The notes beneath the pieces are model-generated. The model did no database searches. It saw nothing but the letters and a program-made list of their open reading frames with translations, and was not told where the DNA came from. A program made the translations under genes and the position numbers. From Selaginella moellendorffii (Eukaryota > Plantae > Lycopodiophyta), in NCBI RefSeq assembly GCF_000143415.4, contig NW_003314331.1, positions 855,169-919,168 of the forward strand: a DNA stretch of 64,000 bases. Direction: 5' to 3'. Within the stretch, counting starts at the first letter, position 1. The number at the start of each line of letters is the position of its first letter. This document shows positions 37,459 to 50,761 of this stretch, one piece after another.

Positions 37459-40400
37459 TACAAAAAAACGCACACATCCAGCATTGGATCTCTCTCTCTC
37501 TCTCTCTCTCTCAAAAACATAGCTTGTAACATATGAAATTTTTGCCAGGATGGAGTGTGCATGGTCATGACGAGCGGTGGCAAAAGTTTGGTGATCTGCC
37601 AATTGCTGAAGAAACTCTAGTCGGTTTGGCGCAATCAGCCGACAAGTTTCTTGTCAATGGGGTGGACGTCGAAGGAAAGTGATAAGACAAGTAGTTTAAT
37701 CGTTTCATCTGGCCGAGCTGCACATAGCCAGTGATCATCTCATTCTACGCTCATTGATCGATCGGGGAATGGAGATCGATCGATCAATCAAAGAGGTTAA
37801 TCACTCATAACTTACACACCAAGATGATACGTCCTGGAGACCATTGGCCCAAGATTTTGACAAGATCCTCATCGATTCCCAGCCGCCAGAGCTTAAAGCT
37901 TTTCACAGACCGGAGTGCATGCAAGCACTTCCGGGTGTGGTAAGCAGCGAGTTTCGTTCCTTTCTTCCTTTTTTTCCTTGGTTTAAGTATCAGTTTCATG
38001 GATTTTTATTCTCAGGCTCGCTGGTTTTGGAGGTGGGAGCGTTGTCCCCCTTAAATGGCAATCCACAGTTTGAGAGGAGTATGCGCAGTACTAGTGAACT
38101 GAACTTACTGGGAACGAACCTTGACATAACTGAAGATTTGTTCGATTGCATATTCTGGAACGCAGAGAGAGTTCAGTAGCTTTGGTTCTGATCTCCAGCA
38201 TGGATGTAAAGCGAATTTGAGTCACTGAAGGCGGAAGTTTGCCAGCTGAGAAAGAATCCAACAGCTCCAAATTTCCCTTAGCTCCAATCTAAACTCGCCT
38301 CAAGAAGTTCGTCTTTTGCTGATATCTATTCTGACTTGAGCATTGAGAACGTGTGTTTCATTGTAGATCATTCCAACCATGGTGGTGAAACCATGGTTAT
38401 CAACGTTAAGGTGCTACTACTGCCACTGGAGTAAAAGTTTGTGCGAGCTTTTGTGTGAGTTCGTGCTCCTGGATCTTTATCTATGGGAGATGGCCCCCTT
38501 TGTTTGCTCAATCTATTCTCTTTTCTCTTGGCTCTCCAGAAATTATGGCTCCTACTCGAAAGCTTGTGCTTGCATCGCTCCTCTCATGCCTGGTCATCAC
38601 TGCGGCTTTTGCTGCTGCAGTTTTCTTTAGTTCTCTCTCCAAAATCTCGATAGTTTCTGTGTCCACACCAGCGACGACCATGGCGATCCATCAGCAAACT
38701 ACAGTGCTCAATAGTATAACTCTCTGTGTGTTTTCCATGACGTTTTTTCTGTGGATCTTAGCCTTCCTTTACAGTACAGATCCTGCCCGAGTGTACTCAA
38801 AACAGTAAGAAACTATCAAGATTCTAGGGAAGAAAACTGCTACCTTCATTTCCAGCAGCAAAAGCAGAAGTGATGAGCAAGCACAAGGTAAAGCTCCATG
38901 AGACACAGTGTGAAGTGTTGGTCACTGAATGGTAGCTACTTGAGTTATTGTTGATTACCGTTACCATGAACATAGGAATCCTGATCCACATTTGCCTGCT
39001 CCCCAAGTGGGGAGTACATCACAACCAAAAATGTGATATAGACAAAGGTTATGACAAGTAAATCAACAGTTTTTTGCTGATCTCTGTCCCAACTCAAGAC
39101 ATCGCAATATGAAACATTGCCTCCAAATATGTCGAGAGAAGAGCCAGCAGTCCAGCATTTCTGTTGAGATCCAGATCTTCGAGCGATGTTACTGCACCAG
39201 CATACGTAACCAGGAGCTACACCAATAGTCACTCACAACTAAGCATGAAGAGTCCAAGATGATACGTACTGGAGACCAAGATGTTGACAAGCTCCTCATC
39301 GATTCCCAGCCTGGTGTGGCGGTAGGATTCCAGCTTAAACTATTCTACTTGTCTTACGTTTTCCTTCCGAGATCCACCTCATGGACATGATAGTTGCGAT
39401 TGCGCTAAACCAGCTAGAGTTTCTATCAATGCTTGGCAGATCACTAAACTTTTTGCCACCAGTCAGTATACTCCGTCCTGACAAGACTTTTTCTTTTAGA
39501 TATGTTACTACAAGGAATTTACTCGCCTTCTTGCTGCAACTCAGGTCCAACCTAAGACGATCAAGCACTGGCAATCACATGACTCGCTCTAGCATCGAGT
39601 CGCGTTCCACAAGTTGACACCACCACCGATCTGCAAGCCAGCAGAAGATCAATGTAATAGAAAGAAACATTTTCTAAACATTACTTGCCCAATAGTGCCG
39701 TGAGCGCTGCTTTCAAGCTCAAAGAATCTCCCCGGTTTTGAACTCATTGGTGCTCCTGGGATTGCAATTCACATGGGAGAATTCCAGCGGATCGTCAAGC
39801 TGTGCGGTTTCACCCCTGCATACAATGTAAGGGTTCTTTATGGAGTGTAGAGATAATACAATGAGTAAGGAAGCAACTGATGGGGTCTACTCTGATGGAT
39901 TCAGTGGTTGTGAATTTTGAGTCAGAGAAATCGGCTTCCAAGTTTGCTGGAATGTACCTACGGGTGATCTTCCCTGCGAACATGTGTTCATAGCAAGGAG
40001 TTCAAATGGCATTGCAGCAGTAGGATCAGTATTTAACATTGTAATGCCTTATGCCATGTTATGTTCTTTGAGAGTTCACAACTAAAGATAACTCCACCTT
40101 AATAGTGCCTGGCCAGTTCTAATAAGACCTGGCCAAATTGCGATAGGCACTAGGCAGTTCCAGCCATGGTTCTCGGCACTCTTTCTAACAGCGAAGTTGC
40201 AAATGTTTTGGCACTGGTTGGTATAGACTGGCCTGGGTTGTAAACGAAAGTCTCGGTCCTTGGCCTTGAATTGTCCAGCCACCTTGGCCAGTCTTTGCGC
40301 TACAATGGCAGGCATTTCCAAGCAATGTTTTACAATGAGTGTTCTTGGACTTGTGGAAGTGAAAAAAACTTGTTTAGGTTAAGTTCTCAAAGCGGAAGAA

Positions 40401-43400
40401 CATAACATGGCCTAGCCTTGAAAAGAAATACAAAAAACATCCAACCAAAAATCATGGAAAACACGCACAGAGCTCTATCGAGCCCACAAGTGTTTGTTTG
40501 ATCCATCACATGGTCTGTAAATCCAGCTCAAACAGAAAGAAACTATCAAGATTCTAGAGAAGAAAACTGCTACCTTCATTTCCAGCAGCAAAAGCAGCAG
40601 TGATGAGAAGGCACGAGAGGAGCAATGCAAGCAGAAGCTTTTGAGAAGGAGCCATTTCTCCGAGCAAAAGGAATGAGAAAACAAAAGGGGCAGCCATACA
40701 CAGAAGCTCCCACCGAGTTTTAGAATGCGAAGTGTTGGTCTTACAATTTGGGGTTGGTCAACCTCGGAAATGAATTCAGGATTGATCTCTGTGCCAACTC
40801 AAGACATCGGAATATGAAACATTGCCTCCAAATATGTCGAGAGCAGAGCCAAGAGTCACGTCTACAACGCCCCCAGCATTTTTTATGAGATCCAGATCTT
40901 CGAGCAATGTTACTCCACCAGCATACGTAACCGGGATCTACATCAATACTCACTCACAACTAAGACACCAAGATCATGAAGAGTCCAAGATGATACGTAC
41001 TGGAGACCATTGGCCCAAGATCTTGACAAGCTCCTCGTCGATTCCCAGCCTGGGGTAGCAGCGATAAGGTTCCAGCTTAAACTATTCTTACTACTTGTCT
41101 TACTGCTTTCCTTCGACGTCCACCCCATGGACAAGAAACTCGTCGCAAAAGTTTCATGTGTTACAAGCTATCCATCTTCTTTCTGCAACTCAGGTCCAAA
41201 ACGAGCCTCTTCCGGCCAACAAGGCGTACTAGCTGCTGGAGCCTTTCAGTGTCGACCTTGCCGTCCTTAAACACGAACTAGAAAAACCAAAGTTGGAGTT
41301 ATTCCCTCATAAGACTGATATAAAACACTCACCGAGGTGACAATCACATGACTCGCTCCAGCATCGAGATAAGACTTCGCGTTCCCCAAGTTGACACCAC
41401 CACCGATCTGCAAGCCGCCTGAAATCTAGCAGAAACGAGAGCTGTCAAAATCTAGAAACAAATGCAATAGTAAGAAAAAAGAACATTACTTGCCTGGATA
41501 CGCTTCCAGTGCCGCGAGCGCTGCTTTCAGGCTCAAAGAATCTCCCCCGAGCATGATCACGTGTCCGCCGGGAAGATCATCGCAGCGATACATTCCAGCA
41601 AACTCGGCAGCCGATTTCTCCGACTCGAAATTCACAACCAGCGAAGACTGCAACGAATCCAGCAGAGTAGATCCCAAAATTTGCTTCACCTTTCCCTACA
41701 AAAAAACGCACACATCCAGCATTGGATCTCTCTCTCTCTCTCTCTCTCTCAAAAACATAGCTTGTAACATATGAAATTTTTGCCAGGATGGAGTGTGCAT
41801 GGTCATGACGAGCGGTGGCAAAAGTTTGGTGATCTGCCAATTGCTGAAGAAACTCTAGGCGGTTTGGCGCAATCAGCCGACAAGTTTCTTGTCAATGGGG
41901 TGGACGTCGAAGGAAAGTGGTAAGACAAGTAGTTGAATCGTTTCATCTTGCCGAGCTGCACATAGCCAGTGATCATCTCATTCTACGCTCATTGATCGAT
42001 CGGGGAATGGAGATCGATCGATCAATCAAAGAGGTTAATCACTCATAACTTACACACCAAGAGAGTCCAAGATGATACGTCCTGGAGACCATTGGCCCAA
42101 GATTTTGACAAGATCCTCATCGATTCCCAGCCGCCAGAGCTTAAAGCTTTTCACAGACCGGAGTGCATGCAAGCACTTCCGGGTGTGGTAAGCAGCAGGT
42201 TTCGTTCTTTTCTTCCTTTTTTTCCTTGGTTTAAGTATCAGTTTCATGGATTTTTATTCTCAGGCTCGCTGGTTTTGGAGGTGGGAGCGTTGTCCCGCTT
42301 AAATGGCAATCCACAGTTTGAGAGGAGTATGCGCAGTACTAGTGAACTGAACTTACTGGGAACGAACCTTGACATAACTGAAGATTTGTTCTATTGCATA
42401 TTCTGGAACGCAGAGAGAGTTCAGTAGCTTTGGTTCTGACCTCCAGCATGGATGTAAAGCGAATTTGAGTCACTGAAGGCGGAAGTTTGCCGGCTGAGAA
42501 AGAATCCAACAGCTCCAAATTTCCCTTAGCTCCAATCTAAACTCGCCTCAAGAAGTTCGTCTTTTGCTGATATCTATTCTGACTTGAGCATTGAGAACGT
42601 GTGTTTCATTGTAGATCATTCCAACCATGGTGGTGAAACCATGGTTATCAACGTTAAGGTGCTACTACTGCCACTGGAGTAAAAGTTTGTGCGAGCTTTT
42701 GTGTGAGTTCGTGGAGATGGCCCCCTTTGTTTGCTCAATCTATTCTCTTTTCTCTTGGCTCTCCAGAAATTATGGCTCCTACTCGAAAGCTTGTGCTTGC
42801 ATCGCTCCTCTCATGCCTGGTCATCACTGCGGCTTTTGCTGCTGCAGTTTTCTTTAGTTCTCTCTCCAAAATCTCGATAGTTTCTGTGTCCACACCAGCA
42901 ACGACCATGGCGATCCATCAGCAAACTACAGTGCTCCATAGTAGAGCTCTCTGTGTGTTTTCCATGACGGTTTTTCTGTGGATCTTAGCCTTCCTTTACA
43001 AGGTTTTGTTCTTTGAAGTTAAGCTTGACTCGAGAAAATAAAGTGGTCAAGAAATGGATGATCTTGCTCGCCGGGTCTACTCTGCTGGATTTGTCACAGT
43101 CTTCGCTGGTTGTGAATTTCGAGTCGGAGGACACGTTCAGTGACCCTGAAGGCAGCACTCGCGGCAGTGGAAGCGTATACAATTTCTAGATGTTGAGAAG
43201 CGCTGTTTTCTGCTACATTTCAAGTGGCTTGCAGATCCGTGGTGGTATGAACTTGGGGAACGTGAAGTCCTATCTCGATGCTGGGGCGAGTCATGTGTTG
43301 TCACCTCGGTAAGTGTTTTACATCAGTCTTGGAATTTAACTCTTAACATTGTGTGTGTGAGACTAGGTCTTCATTCTCCGACTTCAGTCTAAGTCTTCAG

Positions 43401-43902
43401 TCTATGAAGATTTCATGCTCCGACTTCATAGTCTTCATAGCCCTGACTACAATTTCAAGGACTTGTATCCTCATCTATATTTGACTTCTCACGGTCATCA
43501 ATTCCAGTCTCAAATTCATGAGCACAAACCTCAAATATATGAAGATAATCTTTTGACTCTTTTATTGTTTTTGGAGTCTTTATCTTCCTTGTGATCCCAA
43601 CTATAGTTGTTTACCATAACTATATTAGTCAATTTGTTGAGTGAAACACTTATCTGAATCACATTCTTAACTCTCTGAGGAAACCCTTATACTGTTCCCA
43701 AGATCCCAATGTCATTTAGCTTATTTTCTATCCACCACCTCACTTACAAGTTCACACATGAACTGTAGTGGAGAGCCATGTCTTCCCGACCTGCTACTCT
43801 TCAAGGATAAGTCCACTCCTAGGACCTTCTGATACCAACACTAATGGTGATATACTTGAGCACCAATAAAAGTCAGACTAAGGAACAGTTTCGATACCAA
43901 AT

Positions 43903-44866
43903 TGTAAGCGACTAATTTTTCCATTCTACTTTAGTCACTTAACCACACCTTTGACCACTTGGAGGAATCTCTCTCACAACCTCCATAGGTCCAATTTAGG
44001 ACTTGGGGCTTGTTAGCCCCAAGAATGGCATCCATGCCACTTAACCTTTGCACTTAGTCCTAGTGCTCTACATATTTGATCCCATGATCAACACCCCAAG
44101 GTACCACCAATATATCAGCCCATTACATTAAAGCCATGCCCATTCACCTTGGTCACACTAATGGTCTAACACCACCTGCATCGCAGTCCCGTCTCTCAAA
44201 GATTGGGCCATCCGTCCATGACTAATTATCCCAGATCCACTCCTTAACATCATTAGGATGCCCACTGACTTGGGGAATAGCCTCCCTAATATCTCTTTTC
44301 CGGTCCCCACCAAGTCCCTTTTCGTCCATGGCCGTGTTCGCTAACACTACCACTGGATCAAAACCCATAAACCTGACCACTAAGTCCCCTTGTTCTCCAG
44401 GACTTCTTTGTCATGTGACCACATCCTTGGTCACTAAACCAGAGGACTGCTCTTCTTCCTTTCCACCATTCAGGACTCTGGGACAACATTCCAGAACAAC
44501 GTGGCCCTACACAAACCTCATGGGTACTCTCCCCACCTTCCACCTTTGTGTGCTCTAGCCATAGGCTTAAAACGAGGTTCCATTAAGCCATGCTAGATAT
44601 CCAAGTAGGTAGTGCTACCCATGCTTGGACTGGGAGCATCAACCATTCGATCTCCCAGGGGAACTAAAGCCAGCTCTTGAACACTTTACTAAACTACCCC
44701 GCTTGTTGGTCCGTATTCACTTTAGTCTTGAACTTCTCAATGGTCAACTCATCACCCAACACATAGGTACAACTTTCCTGGGCCAAACTGACCTTTCCTA
44801 GCCAAATTGGCTCCACTAGGCTCCAACCCCCACACTCTCCCTATTATATTTTGGGAACCCTCTACA
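43903..44866 (-). mobile_element. LTR (family A) with adjacent PBS
   Basis: TG..CA ends; minus-strand TGGTATCGA at 43891-43899 right after the end; diverged paralog at 48895-49860. Confidence 0.7.
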
Positions 44867-46405
44867 ATGTATAATAGGGATAGTGACATGTGGCTTTGTT
44901 CCTTTGCTCTATGCTTAGGAGTTTAACTCCATACTTAGGAGTTTGCTTCTGTTCCTTCATTAGTGGCTTAAGGCCTTGAAACTTAAATTCCACTCCACGT
45001 GGCATGTGGCATATGGTATGTGACACGTGGCAATAAAAGGCTTAGGTTTTACTTCATGGTTTTCCTATGGTAAATCACTATAGGATAAAGGGTAGAAACC
45101 ATGTTCATTACATTAGTGGATCCTTCTTAGGTATGAATATAAGTAGATCAATAAAGACTATAGAGATTAGTCTATTGGTTCAAGTAGTTATTGTTGTGCT
45201 CTTTTATACATTTTTCTTATATTAGACTAAGGTAATGCAAATGTAAGTTTGAGGTTTAGCTAAGTTGAGACAAAAAAGATAGTCATCAGGAATGAAGGAT
45301 CAAATATGTAAATCATTTTTTATTTTTTTTTAGAGAGATGATTTAGCAACAAGATATGATCTCATTACTTGTGTTTGCATCATGCAATCAATAGTCTTTA
45401 TCTTACTGCATGTTGATAATGATGGTCTTAAATGTGGTGAGTCATAGGATGAATAACGGTGAAGCACTAAACCATTTTGGTTAAATTTGCTATTGGAAAG
45501 CTTTGGTTACAATGCTTAATTCTTTTCTAGGGAATCTTATTTTTGCTCTTTGAATGGTTTAGTGTTGGATTAGTTTTGAGTTTGGTCAGAGAGAGAGTGG
45601 CATGAACTTATTCATGTTGTGAATAAAAGTTAGTTGTTGTAAATCTACCAATAGGATATAGTATTATATTGCATTTATCAAATAAAGTTGGCATTTGATA
45701 TTCATGTAAATCTTTGTAATAGTAACATGGATATTACTCATGATATTACTCAATTGATGATCAAGTCATTATGATACTTATATCATAATCATATGGTCAT
45801 GAGCAATATGTTTATGAGGTTTCTTGGTCAAATTGTCGTAAATATGACTTCAAGTATCGAAAGTTACTTGTCGCTCGAGCAAGTTACCTTTCGGATATTC
45901 TTTCCTTACTGCTAGGCCCGTTATTAGTTCTCACTTGGGCTAGTTGAGAAACTGGTTAATGACCATGTACTTAAATTGGATAAACATAAAGTAAGAACCC
46001 TATATGTTTCTTGCTGAGCATACTCGGCCTGTTTTGAGAAACTCCTGTCATTGGTTTGCATTTGCTAATATTAAGAACCCCCATGATATTGAGATTGGTC
46101 TCTCAATATTCACTACATGATAGCTTGCTATGTCTGCCAAACACCCTCACTATCATGCCTTTTGTGTTAGTCTCATTTTAGTCCCAAATGCTATTTATGG
46201 AAAGTGTCTAGATTTGCTCATTTGGCATATCTACGAAATGTAGAGATTGGCCTAAACATAATGGTATTCGTCCCATGTCCAAATTCACAATCTAACACCA
46301 TTCCATATTTAGTAAGTTTTGAGCTTGTCCCAAAGACAAACTCTTGATACTAAGGGAGGCTTGGGGTGAAAGCCTAAAGTGTGTGTTCCTCAAGAGGGGG
46401 GGATA

Positions 46406-46957
46406 TGGGGGGTTCCAAATGTATAGTAGGGATAGTGGGTAGGTTAGGCATGGCCAACCAACCTGAGGTATAGTCTAGCTCCCGCTTGCGTGCTTGTCCT
46501 TGTTTTGCATCTGGCTTGGGTCTAAGCCCAAGTTCCACACCATACTAGCTAATGGAGTATCCATGTCCTTGCATTAGGTCACCGGTATGTTGAAATAGCA
46601 CCAGACTCCGTTTGGCCGTTTTGCATGCTGGTCATGGCATTAGGATGCTAGTTACTCTAGGACTGTTCCAAGTCGCTCTGGGCTCCTGTCCCTTCGCTCC
46701 TTGGGCTGTATGCTTAGGAGTTGCTCCATGGTTTGATTCCATCACTCCTTGGCTCCACGCTTTGGGAGTTTAGCATCGTTTCTTCGTCTAGTGGCCCAAG
46801 GCTTTGAACCTCGGGTTCTACACCACTGTCCTTTGGACATGTGGCATGTGACATATGGCATATAACACGTGGCACATGGAGGGTTTAGCTTTCGCTTTGT
46901 GGTGTTATCCTATGGTAAATCACCATGGGATAAAAGGTGAAAACCAAGTGCACTACA
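46406..46957 (+). mobile_element. LTR (family B) flanked by both PPT and PBS
   Basis: AAGAGGGGGGGATA (46392-46405), then TG...ACTACA, then TT-TGGTATCAGAG (46960-46970). Deleted paralog at 44867-45112. Confidence 0.8.
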
Positions 46958-48894
46958 TTTGGTATCAGAGGATACGTCTTAGCGAGTATTATCCAATGAG
47001 ATTGGGCAACTAGTCTTGTTGCATACGCAGAGATGAAAACGATGATCCGAGTGGGTACACGTTTGGGTGCAAAGGCTTCACATTCGTTCCTTGGGTATAG
47101 ATTTTGGTTACTTTGTTGTACCGTAATAATGTGAGCTTACTCTTGGGCTCATAAGATGGATTTGAGATGTTCCATTTGCACGAGTTTACGCTTAGGCTCG
47201 TGAGTGAGGCACATTAGCAACTCAAGGTTACACTTTGAGTTGGCAGGATTAATGTTAGCCTATTAGTGATTCCATAAGTTGTTCCAGTGGTTCCATGAGT
47301 TGTTCCATGTACCATGGGTGAAAGTAAACCTTCTCTAGGTTTGCTATGAGTGGCAAATAGGCTGGGCCGTAGCTATTTAGCACGGCACTAGTGGATCCTT
47401 TCTAGCATGATTACAAGTGAATCAACCAAGATTGTAGGGATTAGTCCATTGATTCAAATAGTCATTGTCGTGCTCTCTCATAAACTTTTTTTGGATTGGA
47501 CTGAAGGCAGTGCGAAAGCAAGCTTAAGGTTTAGTCAAAGATGAGACCGAAAAGAGAGTCATTAGGGACGAAAGATCAAGCACGTAAATCATCTTCTCTC
47601 TTGGAGAAATGATTTGCAACGAGGTGTGACTCATTGCTCGTGTTCACATTATGCAATCAAGAGTCTCTACCTTGATGCATGTTGGAAATGATAGTCTTAC
47701 AAATGGTGAATTGTGGGATGGATAGCGGTAAAGCACTAAACCATTTTGTCTAAGCTTGCTATTGGAAGATTTGGGTTACAATGTTCAATTCTTTTCCGGG
47801 GAATCTTGCTATTGCTCCTTGAGTAGTTTGGTGTTAGATTAGTTTTGAGTTTGGTCGGAAAGAGAGTGGCATGAGCTTGTCCGTGTTGTGAACAAAAGTT
47901 AGTGGTATTGGGTGTTATAAATTGCTATCGATAGAGTGTGGCATTTCTGTTGCATTTTTGTCGAATCGAGTTAACACTTGATACTCACATAAACCTTTGA
48001 AGTAATGACATGGGTGTTGCTCGTAGTGTTGCTCAATTGATGATCAAGTCATTGTGATACTTATATCATATCTATATGATAATGAGTAATGCGTTTACAA
48101 AGTTGCTTAGTTAAACAATGATCAACCCTAAAGTGGTTGATAGTGAAGCTAATCTACTTGCACAAAGTAGCATTGTAGTAGCTTTGATTGGATTCTTGAT
48201 GGTGGTCCATTATGCTAAGCTTAAATTGGTACCTTGTTTCCTAGGGTTTGCCCATAACGTGTTGGAAAAAAAAAAAAGTTGTAGCATTTATTTGCTATAG
48301 CTTGTCAGTTGATCCATTGCACTTGGAGTAGATTATTGGATGGTGAAGGTATGTAGTTAAGGCATTAACATCACTAGCACTTGTGTTAGTGAAAGTGGCA
48401 TTGTTATGTTGAGTGATAAAGAACTTTCCTTAAAACTTGATTTTCTATGTCATTTTTCTTGTTAGTGTTTGGGCTTCGCATTGGATCTTGAAAGTGATTG
48501 AAGAAGAGTGTTAATGCAATGTAGATATCCGAAGATATGGTCTTCGTGATCAAGTCTTGGATATTAAATTTGCATTTCACGGATATCAATGTTGGATGTT
48601 GGAAAAATGGGCAAAGATGTTTGATGCTTAAGCATACTATTGGGTCATAAGAATTTGTGTTGAGGTGAAACTATGTGAGGTTGTTAATAAAAGGATGTTG
48701 GTTGAGTCTTGAAAGTTTGCATTCTTGCACTAAGAGTCATTCTTTCTCTAGGATAGAAATTTTTTCACAAATTTTCTTAGGCTTTTCCAATAGCTGATCT
48801 GTTAGTCACTTAAATCATTCCGTTTTTGTAAGCCAATACAAACTAGTGAAAGGGTTGGAGTTGACTTCAGTTATCTTAAACTCTAGTATGTAAT

Positions 48895-49860
48895 TGTGAG
48901 AGATTAATTTTTTCCATTCTACTTTAGTCACTTAACCGCACCTCCGACCACTTGGAGGAGTCTTATTCACAACCTCCATAAGTCCCACTCAGGACTTGGC
49001 TTGCTAGCCCCATGAATGGCATCCACGCCACTCAACTTTTGCACTTGGCCCAAGTGCTCCATGTGTCCGATCCTATGACCGACACCCCAAGGTACCATTG
49101 ACATACCAGCCCGTTACGCTAGGCCATGCCCATTCACCTTGGTCACATCAGTGGTCCAACACCACCTGCATTACAACCCCGTCTCTCAAAGACTAGGCCA
49201 TCCATCCATGAGTGGCTATCCCAGATCCACTCCATAGCATCCTCAGGATGCCTGCAAACATGGGAGATAGCCTTCCCCAATGTCTCCTTTCCGGTCCCTG
49301 CCAAGTCCCTTCCTGTCCATGGCCGTGTTCACCAACACTGCCACTGGATCAAGGCCCACAGGCCCGACCACTAAATCCAACTGTCCTCTAGGACTTTCTT
49401 ACTATGTGGCTGTGTCCCTTGTCACCACACTAGAGGGCTACTCCTCTTCCTTTCCACAGTCTGGGACTTTGGGCCCACATTTCGGAACACCGTGGCCTTA
49501 CGCAAGCCTCATGGGTACTCTCCCCACCTCTCGCCTTTTGGTGCTCTAGCCATGGGCTTAGAGCGAGGTTCTGTTAAGCCATACTATGTATCCAAGTAGG
49601 TAGTGCCACCCACACTTGGACTGGGAGCATCGGCCAGTCGATCTCCCGGGGGAACTAGAGCCGGCTCTTGAACACTTCACCAAGCTACCCCGCTTGTCGG
49701 TCCGTGTTCACTCTAGTCTTGGACTTCACAATGGGCAGCTCATCACCCAACACTGGGTCCGGCCTTCCTGGGCCAAACTGTCCTTTCCTGGTAGGGGGTT
49801 TTGGGGGTTCTTCGTCGCCGCGAATGGCTGTCCTCCCCCTTACTATACTTTTGGAGCTCA
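48895..49860 (-). mobile_element. LTR (family A), second diverged copy
   Basis: Colinear similarity to 43903-44866. Confidence 0.65.
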
Positions 49861-49909
49861 CCAAACCCTCTAGGGTCTAGGAGACGAACGCTTTGGGCTT
49901 TCACCCTCT

Positions 49910-50430
49910 CAGACTCGAACTCGGACTCGGACTCGGACTTGGACTCGGGCTCGGGCTCGGTCTCGGCCTCGGCCTTAGCCTCGGTCTTGGTCTCGGTCCC
50001 GATCTCGATCTCGGTCTCGGTCCCGGTCTCGGTCCCGGTCTCAGTCCCGGTCTCGGTCTCGACTTCGGATTCCATCTCGGGTCCATCTCGGACTCCATCT
50101 CGGGTCCATCTCGGACTCCATCTCGGACTCCATCTCGGGTCCATCTCGGACTCCATCTCGGACTCCATCTCGGGTCCATCTCGGACTCCATCTCGGACTC
50201 CATCTCGGGTCCATCTCGGACTCCATCTCGGACTCCATCTCGGGTCCATCTCGGACTCCATCTCGGACTCCATCTCAGTCCATCTCGGACTCCGTCTCGG
50301 TCCATCTTGGACTCCGTCTCGGTACATCTCGGACTCCATCTCGGACTCCATCTCAGGTCCTTCTCGGACTCCACTTCGAACTCCACTTCGGACTCCAACT
50401 CGGGTCCATCTCGGGTCCATCTCAGACACT
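49910..50430. repeat. Minisatellite: CTCGGN hexamers grading into CTCGGACTCCAT/CTCGGGTCCAT units
   Basis: Directly visible tandem array. Confidence 0.95.
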
Positions 50431-50761
50431 TCCACGTGTCATGTGTTGGTCCTTTTGGGTCCTTTTTTGGAGCCTCACTTATTGCTCGCTTCATGCTCAT
50501 TCCTCGAGCACTTCGTTGGGAGTTCCACTCCCACTCTCAACCTTTTGAAGTCGGAGCTTTTAGTCCAAACGTGTTATGCTCGTTTGACTTTCGCTTCAAC
50601 CACTACCACGTGGCACCCTTTCGGCTCCACTTTTGGGGCCTAGGGATTTTGTATCTCACTGTATTTTGTATGATGTGGCCCGAAAGGGATGCTGACTTTT
50701 GGGGCTAAGGCAATTGAGTTGGATAAAGTTTAGAGTTGGTGTAAAAAAGTGGCTGTTGTGC

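Larger units (their letters stand above)
33830..42262. repeat. Type II tandem array, ~4.2 kb unit x2
   Basis: ORFs recur with ~4.2 kb offset (35173/39381, 36584/40822, 37844/42092). Unit carries two HISN3 pseudogenes and inverted HISN3 exons. Confidence 0.95.
43366..50760. mobile_element. Nest of degenerate LTR-retrotransposon pieces
   Basis: AT-richer, ORF-poor insert that interrupts the array. Contains TG..CA-bounded repeats, iMet-type PBS motifs, a PPT and an internal duplication (45113-45810 ~ 47389-48090). No RT or integrase ORF seen. Confidence 0.8.

Noticed and set aside
43903-49860. One full-length retrotransposon bounded by the two family A LTRs
   Set aside because: The PBS lies outside the pair, the LTRs are clearly diverged, and there is no TSD or pol ORF.
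49743-50708. Long overlapping ORFs on both strands (199-280 aa)
   Set aside because: Products of a stop-poor minisatellite; no domain content.
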